From Planctomycetota bacterium (GTDB lineage: Bacteria > Planctomycetota > UBA1135 > UBA2386): a stretch of DNA of 24,508 nt. The notes under the pieces are model-generated. The model saw only the letters and a program-made list of their open reading frames with translations. It did no database searches and was not told the DNA's origin. The translations under genes and the position numbers were made by a program. Numbering within the stretch: the stretch's first letter is position 1; each line of letters opens with the position of its first letter. Shown piece after piece: positions 17,066 to 24,508 of the stretch. The stretch covers positions 1 to 24,508 of the forward strand of contig CANMWZ010000046.1 in assembly GCA_947501605.1 (NCBI GenBank). The letters run 5' to 3'.

Positions 17066-18256
17066 GTGGTTCCTGATCCGACGTTGCCCTCTGTCTTCCG
17101 TCGCACGGCGATGCGCCGCGCGCACCTGGATCGCGGCAATCTGCTGCGTTCACTGACGCTCGTCATCAACGGTGTGCCAGGCGGCATCAACCTCGGCCAG
17201 GGAGTGTGCGATCTCGACTCGCCGAAGCCACTCCTCGAAGGCGCGCGGCATTGCATCGACGGTGGCGACCGGCAGCTCTACACGCCCTATGCCGGGCTTC
17301 CCGAGTTGCGAGCCGCGATCGCCAGCAAACTGCGCCGGCACAACGGCCTCGACTACGGGCCCGAAAACGTTGCGGTTACGACGGGATCCTCTGGCGCGTT
17401 CTTCGCCGCGGGCATGACGTTGCTCGAGCCCGGTGACGAGGTCATTTTGTTCGAACCGTTCTACAGCTATCACTGGACGACGATTCCGCTGTTCTCGGCC
17501 GTGCCCGTGGCGGTTCCGCTCGATCGCGACACGCTGGCGTTCGACGCTGCGGCGTTGAAGCAGCGACTGTCGAAGCGCACCCGCGCGCTGGTGCTCAACA
17601 CGCCCGGCAATCCCTCCGGCAAGGTGTGGAGCGCCGCCGAACTGCAGCAACTCGGTGAAGTGCTCGACGGCACCGATGTCATCGTGCTGACGGACGAGGT
17701 CTACGAGTACATGTGTTTCGACGGGCGCAAGCACGTGTCGCCCGCGAGTGTCGCCAGCCTCAGGGACCGCACGTTGACGATGAACTCGTTCAGCAAGACC
17801 TTCTCGATCACGGGATGGCGCATCGGGTTTCTCGCCGGCCCCGCGGCGATCGTCGAGAAGTGCGGCATCGTGTTCGATCAGATCGAAGTCTGCGCGGCGA
17901 GGCCGATGCAGCGCGGTGTGCAGCGCGCGTTGGAGCAGATGCCGGACTCGTACTACAGCGATCTCCAGCAGAGCTACGAGCTGAAGCGTGATCGATTCTG
18001 CGCCGCCCTGAGGGACGCTGGATTCGGGTTCCAATTGCCGCAAGGCGCCTACTACGTGCTGGCGGACTACACCAAGGTGTTCGGTGACTTGGAGCCGCAT
18101 CCGGCAGTGCTGCAGATGATCGAGCGCATCAAGATCAACGCCGTACCCGGTCATCTGTTCTTCGGCGATGCCGGCGGCGTGCGATCGATGCGGTTCCAGT
18201 TTGCAGTGGATATGCCCGTGCTTCTCGAAGCATGCACCCGGTTGCGGAGCTTGTGA
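17066..18256 (+). CDS. PLP-dependent aminotransferase class I/II
   Basis: INLGQG, YTPYAGLPELRAAI, LFEPFY, NTPGNPSG, DEVYE, SFSKTFSITGWRIG (PLP Lys), PQGAYY. Start at GTG 17066 or ATG 17111. Confidence 0.95.
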   Translation: MVPDPTLPSVFRRTAMRRAHLDRGNLLRSLTLVINGVPGGINLGQGVCDLDSPKPLLEGARHCIDGGDRQLYTPYAGLPELRAAIASKLRRHNGLDYGPENVAVTTGSSGAFFAAGMTLLEPGDEVILFEPFYSYHWTTIPLFSAVPVAVPLDRDTLAFDAAALKQRLSKRTRALVLNTPGNPSGKVWSAAELQQLGEVLDGTDVIVLTDEVYEYMCFDGRKHVSPASVASLRDRTLTMNSFSKTFSITGWRIGFLAGPAAIVEKCGIVFDQIEVCAARPMQRGVQRALEQMPDSYYSDLQQSYELKRDRFCAALRDAGFGFQLPQGAYYVLADYTKVFGDLEPHPAVLQMIERIKINAVPGHLFFGDAGGVRSMRFQFAVDMPVLLEACTRLRSL

Positions 18257-20697
18257 TGCGGTCAAAGAACACAGCGTTGGCTCTTGCCGTGATGGTGGGT
18301 GCCCAGGTCCTTGCAGCGCAGTCCCCAGAACCAGAGGCAGGTCTTGTCGCGCTGCACCAGGCGAGGCTCGATGCGAGCACCAGCGGCGTGGTTCTCAACG
18401 TCGCGGCGCATCCTGACGATGAGTCGTCACGGACCAACACGATGCTACGGCGCAAGTACGGGACGCGCGTCGTGACCGTGTACTCCACCTACGGGGATGG
18501 CGGTCAGAATGCGATCGGCAAGGAGATCGGGCCGGATCTCGCGCGCCTCCGTGTTCGTGAGACGTTGACGGCGGCAGGGATGATGGACGTCGAAGTGCGC
18601 TGGCTCGGGATGCGCGACTTTGGCTTTTCCAAGACGCTGGATGAGACGCTGGCAGTCTGGGGCAAGGACGCGTTGCTCGTGGCGATGCGCAAGGTCGTCG
18701 AAGAAATCGACCCGGACTTCGTGGTCACGAACCATGACCTGACTCACGGGCACGGCCATCATCGCGCGTCGTTCTGGGCGATCTCCCAGGTGATCGAGGA
18801 GCAGAAGCTGAAGGGCCGCTACGCACCGGCGCTCTACTCCCGTTGCGGCTTGGAAGATGCGCAACTGGTGTTCGACCCGAGTGAACTCGATCCGGTTCGC
18901 GGCGAAACGTACGCAAGGATCGCGCACCGCGCATGGACGCAGCACGTGACGCAGGGCCCCTGGGGTGCGCATGAACCGCTGCAGGTGGGCAAAGACTACT
19001 GGAAGCTCGTGTTGCCCGAGGGCATCGCCAGCGAGCAGGCTGCGGTGTTTGCCCAGTGGGTGCGCCCGCGGTTGCAGAAGTGGGCTCCCGATCTCGCGCG
19101 TTCGTTCGGGGAGTTGCAACCAGGTGTCAGCAAGGCGTCTCTTGGCTTCGTGGCTGCGGATCTGCTGGCGGCTCTGCGAGTGCAGCGCGCAACGGCCGGT
19201 GCAGCTTTGGAGCCGGAGATCGACCGCCGCATCGCTGCTTTGCAACGTGTGTTGCTCGCAGAGGCAGGCGTGCGTGTCGAAGTGTGGCTCGACCAGGACG
19301 AGGTGCCGCGCGGCGGGGAGGGCAAGGCCTTCGTGGTCGTGCACGGCATGCAGAGGGTCTTGAACCTGAAGGTGCGCTGCGGCGACCGTGAGGCGACTCC
19401 TGTCGTGCCGCGTCTGCGCAGCACGTTCTTCGATGCGATGCCGGCGATTCCAACAGGCGCGACGCCGGCTGACCTGGGGATGCCATCGGGCAACGGCGCG
19501 CCGACCGCTCCTTCCGCTCCGACTCCGCCACCACAACCAGTGCCTGGTCGCCTCGCGGTGACGTTTGCGATGGCGCCCGTTGGTGACAACGTCGCCGACA
19601 GTCCGTTGCCTGACTACGTGCCGCTGCACATCGCCTTCGAACTCGACGGAGTGCCGGCGAGGATGGACCCTGACAAGCACTACTTGGTGGCGCCGACGCA
19701 GCGAGTCGCGATCGACCTGCAGCCGAAGCTGGCGTTCTCGCCGGTCGATCCCGTGACTCTTGCGTGGGACCGCGACGCGGTCATGGTGCCGGCCGGCAAG
19801 CGCGTCGAGATCATCTTGAGCGCCAGCGTCACGAGTCGCCGTCTGCAGGATCTCGCGGAGCCGATTCGGCTCGCAACGGGATCCGGCGTCAAGGCCGAGG
19901 CGATCCCGGGCCGGGTCTCGCTGTCGCCAGACCACGCCGAGGCGCGGGTGCTGGTCCGCACGGCGATTGATAGCGGAGAACTTGGTGAGAATCCATCTGT
20001 GCGGCTCGAGCTGGCCGGCGAGAAGGCGCATTTGCGCATCGTGCCGGTAGAGGTGTTCGTGCCGCCTGGCTTGCGGGTCGGTCTGGTTCGCGGGCCGGAC
20101 GACACGATCGAGCGCGCAATCGGTGACCTCGGCATCGCCTACACGCTGCTCGATCGCGATGCCCTCGCGATTGCGCGGCTCGAGGACTTCTCGACGTTGC
20201 TGCTCGACATGAGGAGTTATCACCACGTGCCCGAACTCGCCGAGCACCGCGACCGGATCTTGCAGTTTTGCCGCGCAGGTGGTCGCGTCGTCTCGATGTA
20301 CCACAAGCCTGGTGAGTGGAATGAGCGCGCCGGGCATCCGCAGCTCGCGCCGTTTGCATTGACGATCGGCAACGATCGTGCGACCGAGGAAGACGCGGAG
20401 GTGGTCATGCTGCAGCCAGAGCACCCCATCTGGCAGCGACCGCATGCGATCAGCGTCCAGGACTTCGCGGGTTGGGTGCAGGAGCGCGGGCTGAACTTTC
20501 CGAGCAAGTGGGACTCGGCGTGGACGCCCTTGCTCGAGTTGAAGGACAGTGCTGACGAAAAGTCGACGCAGGGCGCCTTGCTCTACACGCAGTATGGGCG
20601 CGGCGATTTCGTCTACTGCTCGCTCGTGATCTATCGCCAACTGCGCAACGGCCACGCCGGCGCAGCTCGGCTCTTGGTCAACTTGCTGGCGCGCTGA
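18256..20697 (+). CDS. Secreted PIG-L/LmbE-family zinc deacetylase-like multidomain protein
   Basis: ATG overlaps the upstream TGA (TGATG). Signal peptide, AAHPDDE, GDGGQNAIG, DFGFSKT, HGHGHH, and a C-terminal GATase-like region with F.GWVQERGL and YRQL..G..GA.RLLVNL as in long LmbE proteins. Confidence 0.9.
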   Translation: MRSKNTALALAVMVGAQVLAAQSPEPEAGLVALHQARLDASTSGVVLNVAAHPDDESSRTNTMLRRKYGTRVVTVYSTYGDGGQNAIGKEIGPDLARLRVRETLTAAGMMDVEVRWLGMRDFGFSKTLDETLAVWGKDALLVAMRKVVEEIDPDFVVTNHDLTHGHGHHRASFWAISQVIEEQKLKGRYAPALYSRCGLEDAQLVFDPSELDPVRGETYARIAHRAWTQHVTQGPWGAHEPLQVGKDYWKLVLPEGIASEQAAVFAQWVRPRLQKWAPDLARSFGELQPGVSKASLGFVAADLLAALRVQRATAGAALEPEIDRRIAALQRVLLAEAGVRVEVWLDQDEVPRGGEGKAFVVVHGMQRVLNLKVRCGDREATPVVPRLRSTFFDAMPAIPTGATPADLGMPSGNGAPTAPSAPTPPPQPVPGRLAVTFAMAPVGDNVADSPLPDYVPLHIAFELDGVPARMDPDKHYLVAPTQRVAIDLQPKLAFSPVDPVTLAWDRDAVMVPAGKRVEIILSASVTSRRLQDLAEPIRLATGSGVKAEAIPGRVSLSPDHAEARVLVRTAIDSGELGENPSVRLELAGEKAHLRIVPVEVFVPPGLRVGLVRGPDDTIERAIGDLGIAYTLLDRDALAIARLEDFSTLLLDMRSYHHVPELAEHRDRILQFCRAGGRVVSMYHKPGEWNERAGHPQLAPFALTIGNDRATEEDAEVVMLQPEHPIWQRPHAISVQDFAGWVQERGLNFPSKWDSAWTPLLELKDSADEKSTQGALLYTQYGRGDFVYCSLVIYRQLRNGHAGAARLLVNLLAR

Positions 20698-20710
20698 CGG
20701 CTGTCAGCGC
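20691..20710. terminator. Hairpin between convergent genes; possible bidirectional terminator or processing stem
   Basis: GCGCTGAC-ggct-GTCAGCGC, an 8-bp perfect stem overlapping the PIG-L stop. No U-tract. Confidence 0.45.
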
Positions 20711-20720
20711 AGCGACGTCG

Positions 20721-21467
20721 TCAGTTCTTTTGCGGTAGGCGCTTCTCGATCTCGCTGAGGCGTTCCTGCATCGCGGCGAGTTGCTTTTCCAGGGCAGCGA
20801 TTCGCGTTGCCCCCTCGTTCATCTGCATCTCCACGTCGAGGGACGGTTTCACGTCAGCAGTGCGGAGCAGCTTGATGGCGCGGGCGACTTCGGCCTGCAC
20901 GCCGCAGATCACGAGCGTCGCGCTGTTGCCGGTGGTGCCGAGGGAGAGGCCGCTAGTCTGATTGCCGGCAAAGAAGGGGCGCAGCGCATTGGTGGCGATC
21001 ATGGAGTTGGTGAACTGCAACATGACGACGGTCTGCACTGGTTGCTTGAGGTTCGGCCGGGCGAGGACCTCCTCGGGCGTGCGTGTCGGAGCCGAACTCA
21101 TCGCGTCGCGCGCGCGTGGACCTCGCATCGAGAGCACCTCGTAGGTCCCGCGCTCGGCGTCGCGGGGGACGAGGAGTAGGCCGCGCGAGTAGATCAGTTC
21201 GCTGAGTGCTTCGTCGGCCTGCTTGCGATCGAGCCGCATCGGCGTCTGCAGTTCGATCGGGCTCGCTTCGCTCAGTTCGCTCTGCTCGAGCAGGATGTTG
21301 CGACCGAGGAAGCGGGCCGTCTCGTTCACCAGTCCGCGGATCTCATGGACGCCTGCGGGCAAGACCAGAGTGTTGGCGTCCTGCTCGATCTTTGTCGGGT
21401 CCTGCGAAGAGAGTGTGGACGTGCAGGCGGCGAGGACGAGAGCGAGGCTGGTCAAGCGGTTCATCAT
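20721..21467 (-). CDS. Exported protein resembling secretin (GspD) N-terminal N0/N1 domains plus coiled coil; no secretin barrel
   Basis: Signal peptide with LAAC, IRGLVNETARFLGRNIL (N0-like), TVVMLQFTNS...LRPFF...NSATLVICG....VARAIKLLRTAD (NolW/N1-like) and the coiled coil RIAALEKQLAAMQERLSEIEKRL. SD AAGGAG at 21482-21477. Confidence 0.7.
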   Translation of the reverse strand: MMNRLTSLALVLAACTSTLSSQDPTKIEQDANTLVLPAGVHEIRGLVNETARFLGRNILLEQSELSEASPIELQTPMRLDRKQADEALSELIYSRGLLLVPRDAERGTYEVLSMRGPRARDAMSSAPTRTPEEVLARPNLKQPVQTVVMLQFTNSMIATNALRPFFAGNQTSGLSLGTTGNSATLVICGVQAEVARAIKLLRTADVKPSLDVEMQMNEGATRIAALEKQLAAMQERLSEIEKRLPQKN

Positions 21468-21520
21468 GCGAGTCGGCTCCTTTGGGATGTCTCCGAAGAG
21501 CCGCCTCGGACTGGGCGGGC

Positions 21521-21539
21521 GCCGCGGCTATTCCGCGGC
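21521..21539. other. Intergenic GC hairpin
   Basis: GCCGCGG-ctatt-CCGCGGC, a 7-bp stem just downstream of the stop at 21556. Confidence 0.35.
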
Positions 21540-21555
21540 ATTGCGCAGGGACTCG

Positions 21556-22128
21556 CTACTTCGGCGCGTTCGGCCGCTGCGGCTGAGGCGGTGGGGCGCC
21601 GACCATGCGGGCAATCTCGGCCTGCTCGAGGGTTGGCAAGGCACTCTGTTCGTTGACCTGCACGGACATCGAGATGGCTTGAGGCACCCCGTTCATCGTG
21701 ACCATCTTGACCGTTGAGTAGGTGCCGTCTTGGTGCTTCCACCACCACCAGCCGTTGTGAAACACCTTGTCGGCGATGGGTGAGTACGGCCGGTCATCCC
21801 ACTGCATCGGGATGTTCTCGGCGACGTCGTTGATGGCCTCGACGACCGAGCCGTCGGGGAACGTCACCTTGCCGTGTGGCGCGCCGTTGGCTGGGCGCGG
21901 TTCACTCGCGGGCGAGGTTGGCGCCGGGTCCGGCGGCGTCGGCACCGATGCGGAGGCCGCGGGGGTGCCGGTTACGAGTGGCTTCGTCTCAGGAACTGGC
22001 GCCGGGCTCACGGGAGCCTCGGCGTCGTTCGACCGGCTGACGAAGACGGTCGCAGCCACCGCGATCGTCAGCACTGCTGCGATCGCGATGCCACGATTGG
22101 GCTTCTGCTCAGAGGTGGACGGTCGCAC
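21556..22128 (-). CDS. Hypothetical membrane-anchored protein with Pro-rich linker and small Trp-rich domain
   Basis: N-terminal TM segment (IAIAAVLTIAVAATVFV), a Pro/Ala/Ser linker, then VTFPDGS...WDDRPYSPI...GWWWWKHQDGTYST. GTG 22128 overlaps the upstream gene by 20 nt. Confidence 0.75.
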   Translation of the reverse strand: MRPSTSEQKPNRGIAIAAVLTIAVAATVFVSRSNDAEAPVSPAPVPETKPLVTGTPAASASVPTPPDPAPTSPASEPRPANGAPHGKVTFPDGSVVEAINDVAENIPMQWDDRPYSPIADKVFHNGWWWWKHQDGTYSTVKMVTMNGVPQAISMSVQVNEQSALPTLEQAEIARMVGAPPPQPQRPNAPK

Positions 22129-23440
22129 AGCCCGTTGCCTTTACCTCTGCTGGCGACAGCGCCAAGTTCACCACGAAGCCTTGCCACTGCATGTTCAGGG
22201 CGCCGAAGGACGCGAGGAACTGGCGTGCTGGCGAGTTGGCCGGACCGAGGTTGAACATCTGTTGGCAGCGACCGTTCGCGTCGGTGAAGTTGATCAACGT
22301 GTAGGCGCTCGGGTCCGCGAGGTCGATGCACACGTTGCCGGTGCTGGTCGCCGCGTTGAAGCCGGGGATGAAGGCCATCGGCAACGAGCCATCCGGGTTG
22401 AAGCCGCCGACGAGCGGCCCGAACGCGAAGCGAATGATCGCCAGCGAGTTTGGTCGGTTGCGCTCCGTGATCAAGAACCCAATGTCGTCAGCGCGCGCCG
22501 GCGAGCCCGCAGGGGGCGGAACGCTGGCGGTCGCATCGTTCACGTCCGGGTAGAGACCCGAGAGCATGTTGGTCGTGCCGCCGAGTGGTACGGCAACCGC
22601 CAAGCTCGGCACGGCCAGCGGGTTGCTGGACACGTAGCGAAGCTGATTGGTCTGCGTCACGGTGACGCCGCCAGTGTTCAACGCCAGGATCTCGAGGTTG
22701 AGCTGGCGGAAGCCACCGCGGGTGTTGACCGTGCCCGGGAAGTTTGGAATCTGGCCGGTCGGCAGCGGCGTCGGTCCACCGGTGCTCGCCACGGTGCAGA
22801 CCTTGTTGATGGCCGGCGCCGTCAACCCCAGGATCCGGGGGCCGACGACATCGAGCTGGTTGGTGCCCGTGTTGCCGGCGTTGAAGTCGAATGCCATGCT
22901 CAGACCGAGTCCATCGGTCGGCCAGTTGCCGGCAGGAAGGCCGACACCGAGGTAGACGTTGTCGTCCGTCGCTCCGTGCGAGGCGCCGAAGAGCATTGGC
23001 GTCGTCGGCGGGTTGATGCCAATCGTGACAATGAAGACGACTGGGCCTGTTGCGGTGCTCGGAGGCGTGTTCAGCAGGCCGGTGCGGAACCAGACGCCGC
23101 TGCCGGTGGGGTTCACGTCGGGGGTGCCTGGTGCTGCTGCGTCGTCCCGGTAGCCGACCAGAGTGTAGGTCGACGGCGTCGTGCCGATCTGGTCCTGCAA
23201 GGACACACGGAAACCGATGAGCCGCTTGGTCGCGCCCAGCGGATCCGCCGGGTTGATCAGCCAGTGGCGATAGTCGCGCGTGTCGAAGACATTGAGGATG
23301 TCCACGTCGGTCGTGCCGACACCGCCACGGTCCGTATAGGAGTTGTTGAAGCCGCCAGCGAAACCGAGAAAGTTGGCGATCTGCGCGGGCAGTGAGCCAG
23401 CGATGACACTGACCAAGGAGAGGGTGAGTAATGCACGCAT
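22109..23440 (-). CDS. Secreted Gly/Thr/Asn/Pro-rich hypothetical protein (predicted beta-rich)
   Basis: Signal peptide MRALLTLSLVSVIAGSLPA-Q, strong GC3 codon bias, AGGA upstream. No catalytic motif recognised. Confidence 0.88.
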   Translation of the reverse strand: MRALLTLSLVSVIAGSLPAQIANFLGFAGGFNNSYTDRGGVGTTDVDILNVFDTRDYRHWLINPADPLGATKRLIGFRVSLQDQIGTTPSTYTLVGYRDDAAAPGTPDVNPTGSGVWFRTGLLNTPPSTATGPVVFIVTIGINPPTTPMLFGASHGATDDNVYLGVGLPAGNWPTDGLGLSMAFDFNAGNTGTNQLDVVGPRILGLTAPAINKVCTVASTGGPTPLPTGQIPNFPGTVNTRGGFRQLNLEILALNTGGVTVTQTNQLRYVSSNPLAVPSLAVAVPLGGTTNMLSGLYPDVNDATASVPPPAGSPARADDIGFLITERNRPNSLAIIRFAFGPLVGGFNPDGSLPMAFIPGFNAATSTGNVCIDLADPSAYTLINFTDANGRCQQMFNLGPANSPARQFLASFGALNMQWQGFVVNLALSPAEVKATGCATVHL

Positions 23441-23467
23441 GTGATGGGTTCCTAGGTGCGCGGGATG

Positions 23468-23534
23468 GACTGGATCCTGGGGTGGATCCAGCCGCAGGGA
23501 GCGCGGAGTCTACGCTGCCCCTCCGCGGACGCAA
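23468..23534 (-). promoter_or_regulatory. Putative sigma70-type promoter and 5'-UTR hairpin for the 443-aa gene
   Basis: The minus strand reads TTGCGT(23534-23529)-N16-TAGACT(23512-23507). Then comes the stem CTGGATCC-acccca-GGATCCAG (23491-23470, extendable by G.U and G-C pairs), then AGGA and ATG 23440. Confidence 0.55.
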
Positions 23535-23650
23535 ACCTCCCAGAGAGGAGCGAAGTTCGAAGGATCGGCCTGCCTTTCGGCTCGGGTGCGACAGCAGGAT
23601 GCCGCCCGGGCGAATGTGCGGCAGCCAATCCGGACGCCGCTGAGCCCCGA

Positions 23651-24508
23651 TCAAGCCGCCGAGGGTCTGGGAGCGGTCCATGCCGCCGCGGCATACAACC
23701 CGGCTGCCATCATCGTGACCACGAAGAATCCGCCTTCCATCGCTACCAGGATGCTGAGGATCGAGGCCATCACCGAGGCGGCGCCGTTGACTCCGAATGC
23801 CCAGCCGATCGTGCCCGGTCGCTCGTTCTGCAAGAGCGAGAGGCCGGTGGGAAAGGGGATCCCCATCGCGAATGCCAGTGGCGCAATGGTTGCCATTGCG
23901 ACAAGGATGCGCAGCCCTTCGGCCCAGGCGAGGGTCCCTTGGAGGATCGACGGCAACAGCAGCGCTTGCAGCATCAGCAGTACGACGACCGAGAAGCCGG
24001 CGCGCTTGGCGCCAACTCGTCCGAGGCCCTTGCTGCCAGCCCAGGCCGAGCCAAGTCCAGAGAACAACAGGAAGCTGCAGAGGCCGACGCTCAGTGAGTA
24101 GGTCGGGTGACCTAGGTAGAGCACAAAGCGCTGAATCGTGCTGATCTCCACCAGGAGGTACGCGAGCCCGAGCGCGCCGAAGTAGCCGATTACGCGCAGA
24201 CGCGAGTTTGGCGACTCCGGGCTCTTGCCAAAGCCGAGGCGAAGCAGCGGCAGCAGGATCAGCAAGAGCGTGGCGATCAGGGTCTGAACCGTCAGCGCCG
24301 CCAGGATGTACAGGCCGATGGGCTGGCTGCCCGTCAGCGCTGCGTAGCCATCCTTGCTACTCGAGGAGAACGACACGTCGCTCCACGAGTTGAAGTTGAA
24401 GAAGAAGGGCTTGTCGTCGGTCGCCGGGTGGGTGCGGTACTGGTACGTGTCGTGGAAGTGTTGTTCGGCCTCAGGGCCCGCGGCCGCGGCGGCGAGCAGT
24501 CGGCTGTA
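23651..24508 (-). CDS. C-terminal part of a spermidine-synthase-like/SAM-methyltransferase-fused membrane protein; 5' end outside window
   Basis: The frame is open to the right edge: ...YQYRTHPATDDKPFFFNF..., YFGALGLAYLLVEI, QRFVLYLGHPTYSL, PLAFAMGIPFPTGL, WAFGVNGAASV, the typical membrane tail of this family. The catalytic domain is not visible. Confidence 0.8.
   Translation of the reverse strand, partial: YSRLLAAAAAGPEAEQHFHDTYQYRTHPATDDKPFFFNFNSWSDVSFSSSSKDGYAALTGSQPIGLYILAALTVQTLIATLLLILLPLLRLGFGKSPESPNSRLRVIGYFGALGLAYLLVEISTIQRFVLYLGHPTYSLSVGLCSFLLFSGLGSAWAGSKGLGRVGAKRAGFSVVVLLMLQALLLPSILQGTLAWAEGLRILVAMATIAPLAFAMGIPFPTGLSLLQNERPGTIGWAFGVNGAASVMASILSILVAMEGGFFVVTMMAAGLYAAAAWTAPRPSAA

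Noticed and set aside
18445..20655. 736-aa minus-strand ORF
   Set aside because: Antisense shadow of the PIG-L gene, expected with strong GC3 bias.
21767..23395. 542-aa plus-strand ORF
   Set aside because: Antisense shadow of the two minus-strand exported-protein genes.

Overview
High-GC bacterial chromosomal window with no rRNA, tRNA, CRISPR array or transposase that I could recognise. The style of the secreted proteins suggests an uncultured Planctomycetota lineage (inference only). Left to right: the 5' part of an OprO/OprP-like porin gene (missing from the ORF track) with a structured leader; an operon of a molybdopterin oxidoreductase, a TM0106/Cas4-like iron-staple nuclease and a Dna2/Upf1-like SF1 helicase; then, converging on it, a DUF669-like protein with an SSB-type acidic tail, ligA and an unannotated 32-aa membrane peptide. 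Next come a divergent squalene/phytoene synthase, a protein with a duplicated 46-aa helical domain, an M43 metalloprotease, an OFA-family MFS transporter, a TIGR01777 oxidoreductase, an exported hypothetical protein, an aminotransferase coupled to a secreted PIG-L deacetylase, three exported proteins (one a stand-alone secretin N-domain-like protein) and the 3' end of a spermidine-synthase-like membrane protein. The best candidates for something undescribed are: (1) the split Dna2-like nuclease/helicase + phage-type SSB + ligase neighbourhood coupled to a molybdoenzyme; (2) a C-terminal domain apparently shared by unrelated secreted proteins, one encoded near the orphan secretin N-domain gene; (3) repeated leaderless-type promoters. 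All family calls come from motif recognition by eye, not database searches.
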